Source: a virus
Reading direction: 5' to 3' (one strand)
DNA length: 64,000 bases
Virus record (IMG/VR): IMGVR_UViG_3300020048_000017
Coordinates: 115,179-179,178 of that record
Below the pieces are notes generated by a model, which did no database searches, had not been told where the DNA came from, and saw only the letters and a program-made list of their open reading frames with translations. Of the stretch, positions 61,588 through 64,000 are shown in pieces. Each line of letters starts with the position of its first letter. Positions within the stretch are counted from its first letter, which is position 1. The position numbers and the translations under genes were made by a program.

Positions 61588-61829
61588 AAATGAAAGTCCA
61601 AATTCCATTAGATATAGAGCTAACCGAACAACAAGTTCGAGACATTGTTAGAAAGTTCCTTAGGGATAAATACAATTTAAAAAGCGACTTCGACGGAGCG
61701 AGGTATGTCGAAAAGAATGCTATCTGGGAAATTAAGAATGATGCTCGCGGAAAAGAAATGAGCAGGACTTCCTATGGAGCTAGTGCTGGCGAAATCGCGG
61801 CCCAGATAATTTTAGATTCAATGACATGA
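61584..61829 (+). CDS. Hypothetical protein
   Basis: ATGA coupling. Confidence 0.55.
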   Translation: MKMKVQIPLDIELTEQQVRDIVRKFLRDKYNLKSDFDGARYVEKNAIWEIKNDARGKEMSRTSYGASAGEIAAQIILDSMT

Positions 61830-62065
61830 TTAACCAAGAGGTCGTTGAAAAACTTAAAGAACTTTTAGTAGACGAGACCTTGTTATTAATGAGGTCTTTT
61901 CAATGTAAGTCAACAGGGTATTTGTTTGTATCTAAAAGAGGCAACGAACATGCTCCGTTTAGGATGGGTGGATACTGTCCTAGAGACGGAGTTTATGATT
62001 GCTTTATCGCTTTCGGGGATTTTGAGGCGGCTAAAAATTTGATAAATGCACTTGACTTAGGCTAA
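61826..62065 (+). CDS. Hypothetical protein
   Basis: ATGA coupling. Confidence 0.55.
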   Translation: MINQEVVEKLKELLVDETLLLMRSFQCKSTGYLFVSKRGNEHAPFRMGGYCPRDGVYDCFIAFGDFEAAKNLINALDLG

Positions 62066-62079
62066 ACTTGTGTTACATT
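62052..62079 (+). promoter_or_regulatory. Early promoter TTGACT-N16-TACATT (leaderless)
   Basis: ATG at 62085, 5 nt after the -10 element. Confidence 0.65.
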
Positions 62080-62084
62080 CCGCT

Positions 62085-62291
62085 ATGCAATATCTATATT
62101 ACCCCGTCGTTGGAGCCTTTTATGTCCTTAGGGCTGTTTTCTCCACCTTTGCTTTTGTCACTTTTCTAGTGGGACTTGCTTGTGAAGCTATTCTTTCGGT
62201 CTTCGACAATGATCAGACTAATGACTTCTTCGATAACACTCCTGCAAAATTAAAAGAATATTTCAATGCTGCCCCTTCCGAAGATAACTAA
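62085..62291 (+). CDS. Small membrane protein
   Basis: Hydrophobic N-terminal half. Confidence 0.55.
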   Translation: MQYLYYPVVGAFYVLRAVFSTFAFVTFLVGLACEAILSVFDNDQTNDFFDNTPAKLKEYFNAAPSEDN

Positions 62292-62541
62292 AAAGTGGGA
62301 CTGCGAATGGGAGATCCTCGAACGTGAGGGTGACTACGCAATCATTAAGCAAACTGGAGGCGGGGTTAATTTCAATGTGGTAAAGATCCTCAAAGCTCCA
62401 GCCTCCACTATCGGAGGCAACGTAATTCCCGCTAAAGAAAAGATCCCTACCGATTCTAAGTGGGGAACCTATGCGTGGAATTACTTAACGCTGGAAAAAG
62501 CGCAAGAAAAATTCGAAGAATGCAAAAAGAAGAACTCTTAA
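62266..62541 (+). CDS. Hypothetical protein
   Basis: 91-aa ORF. Confidence 0.55.
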   Translation: MLPLPKITKKWDCEWEILEREGDYAIIKQTGGGVNFNVVKILKAPASTIGGNVIPAKEKIPTDSKWGTYAWNYLTLEKAQEKFEECKKKNS

Positions 62542-62741
62542 AAATCGTAGACTGCGACCTGACCGCCGACAAAACGGCACAAGTTCTTCTTGGTGGCGAT
62601 TTTGAAATCACTGGATTTGTCTTAAAAAGCAAGAAATACAAAAAGAAATGTATAATCAATCAGTCCGCAGTCAGATGGCTTGACGACGACGAAATGTATT
62701 GGTTGATGCAAGTTTCAGATTCACCAATTTTCAAAAAGTAA
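62520..62741 (+). CDS. Hypothetical protein
   Basis: Start taken at MQKEE. Confidence 0.5.
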   Translation: MQKEELLKIVDCDLTADKTAQVLLGGDFEITGFVLKSKKYKKKCIINQSAVRWLDDDEMYWLMQVSDSPIFKK

Positions 62742-62983
62742 TGAGTATTGTATTTCTAATTCTGGCTTGGATAACCTTAGCTAGGTTTGTATCCACACTT
62801 CCCGTTAAAACCCAACAGTGGATAGATAGATTGTGGGCGGGCTTATTAAGCGGACTTGTCGTCTATTGGACTTTTATGTTTTGTATTGGGGAGCCTCAAA
62901 CCAGCGTTATTAGTTACGTAGGAGTTTTACTTGGGGCCATATTTTTTATGGTTATTTCTAAAGATGAAAAAGCTTATTTATAA
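62741..62983 (+). CDS. Small membrane protein (three TM segments)
   Basis: TAATG coupling; hydrophobic. Confidence 0.55.
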   Translation: MSIVFLILAWITLARFVSTLPVKTQQWIDRLWAGLLSGLVVYWTFMFCIGEPQTSVISYVGVLLGAIFFMVISKDEKAYL

Positions 62984-63260
62984 AGACGAGGTTTATTATT
63001 ATAAACATTCTAGACAAGGGGGCCTTTTTGGACTCTCTTCGGCAAAAGTCTTCATAGAAAGGGATAACTTTTTCAAATACATAAAGAGGTATAAAAAAAT
63101 TGGAGAATACGAGAGTGTGCTTTTTCAAGATGTGACAAAAGAGGCTATATTAATTAGAATCGTTAATAAATATTTAAAAAAACGAAGACCAAAGAAAGCT
63201 GACCAAGCAAAACCCTTGATAATAGATCGCTCTCCGGAGATAGAAGCCCTTTACAAATGA
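62964..63260 (+). CDS. Basic hypothetical protein
   Basis: Start taken at MKKLIY. Confidence 0.5.
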   Translation: MKKLIYKDEVYYYKHSRQGGLFGLSSAKVFIERDNFFKYIKRYKKIGEYESVLFQDVTKEAILIRIVNKYLKKRRPKKADQAKPLIIDRSPEIEALYK

Positions 63261-63583
63261 GTGAAAACGTAAGAGTTACCGGCAAGCTCGTCCAAAAAGA
63301 TATGGACGAGAAAACGTTCGAAGCCTTCATGAGATACAAGGGGTTTCAATCTAAACCCGATTATTTCGATACTTGGGAAGAGTTTTGCAGAAATGAGTGT
63401 GAGGAGTTCGTTTCGATCAACGGAAAATTTTACCGAATTGAGAACTTGACATATCATGACCCTTATGATACGGTATGCAACTTATCTAGCGACTTAGAGT
63501 TCGACTGTATGTATTATAACGGAGGCACCTGTTGGTCGGAACTCGTAGCCAAAAAATTAAATGAAAATCAAGAAGTTAATTAA
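63257..63583 (+). CDS. Hypothetical protein
   Basis: ATGA coupling. Confidence 0.6.
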   Translation: MSENVRVTGKLVQKDMDEKTFEAFMRYKGFQSKPDYFDTWEEFCRNECEEFVSINGKFYRIENLTYHDPYDTVCNLSSDLEFDCMYYNGGTCWSELVAKKLNENQEVN

Positions 63584-63746
63584 AAAACTTTCCGAATTAG
63601 ATCAGGAACTGGAAGTATGGATTTCCATCGATGCAGAGGGGAACGGGTTCGACAAGGTCGAAGATATCCTTGTCGCAAAAATTAATAAATACGGTGAACC
63701 AAATTTTGAATCTAAGAAACCCAACGCAGTAGTATTTTGGCCATGA
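63561..63746 (+). CDS. Small hypothetical protein
   Basis: MKIKKLIKKLSELDQELEV... common phage pattern. Confidence 0.55.
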   Translation: MKIKKLIKKLSELDQELEVWISIDAEGNGFDKVEDILVAKINKYGEPNFESKKPNAVVFWP

Positions 63747-64000
63747 GAAGTTATAAACCAAACAAAAAGCAAAAAGAAGTGATCCTTAAATTTAAAATAT
63801 TTAGTCAAAAAGAAAACAGACCCCTTACAGATAGCGAGGTAGCACATCTTCGCTTAGCCATTTTTACAAATGGAAAAGTTTATAGCGGGACTTACGACTG
63901 TATCGTGGATGGTTATGAAGTTTTTCAATTCACTAATAATCTAGACGCCAACGGAGAAGAAGTCTATGATGGAGACCTTCTTTACGATAAGTCCTCGATA
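63743..64000 (+). CDS. YopX-like protein 4, partial (runs off the window)
   Basis: LKFKIFS...FQFTNNLDANGEEVYDGDLL; ATGA overlap; not in the ORF track. Confidence 0.65.
   Translation, partial: MRSYKPNKKQKEVILKFKIFSQKENRPLTDSEVAHLRLAIFTNGKVYSGTYDCIVDGYEVFQFTNNLDANGEEVYDGDLLYDKSSI

Noticed and set aside
1-64000. Prophage or host-chromosome context; contractile tail
   Set aside because: No integrase, att site, housekeeping operon or tail sheath gene is recognisable; these could lie outside the window.

Overview
This window is a 64-kb piece of a large, AT-rich tailed dsDNA phage genome using the standard genetic code; no host genes, integrase or CRISPR array are evident. Bases 1-33.2 kb hold a minus-strand late/morphogenesis block. 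In transcription order it encodes PhoH, a phage sigma factor, an ERCC4-like nuclease, large terminase, portal, a lysis cassette with a chitosanase-like endolysin, an inserted endonuclease, protease/scaffold, decoration protein, major capsid protein, neck proteins, tail tube, chaperones, a 2568-aa tape measure protein and tail-tip proteins. No sheath gene is seen, so the tail is probably non-contractile. Bases 33.2-64 kb hold a plus-strand accessory block with AlkB, HD hydrolase, Gmd, WGR-DNA ligase, WGR-PARP, PspA, an HNH-RNA ligase fusion, a macrodomain, four YopX-like genes and many small ORFs. This block also contains an inverted late cassette and 21 tRNA or tRNA-like genes. The most striking features are at the RNA level. 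(i) Two tRNA operons start with short leader peptides built mainly from the amino acids of their own downstream tRNAs, and one has attenuator-like mutually exclusive helices. (ii) Two tRNAs (Tyr-GUA, Arg-ACG) lack a D arm; the D strand instead pairs with the loop of an enlarged variable arm. (iii) Several tRNAs have abnormal anticodon loops, T loops or identity elements. (iv) Two promoter classes recur: TTGACA-N16-TAnnnT, often giving leaderless transcripts, and TTC-N17/18-GTGTAW in front of late genes. All protein family calls come from motif recognition by eye, not database searches.
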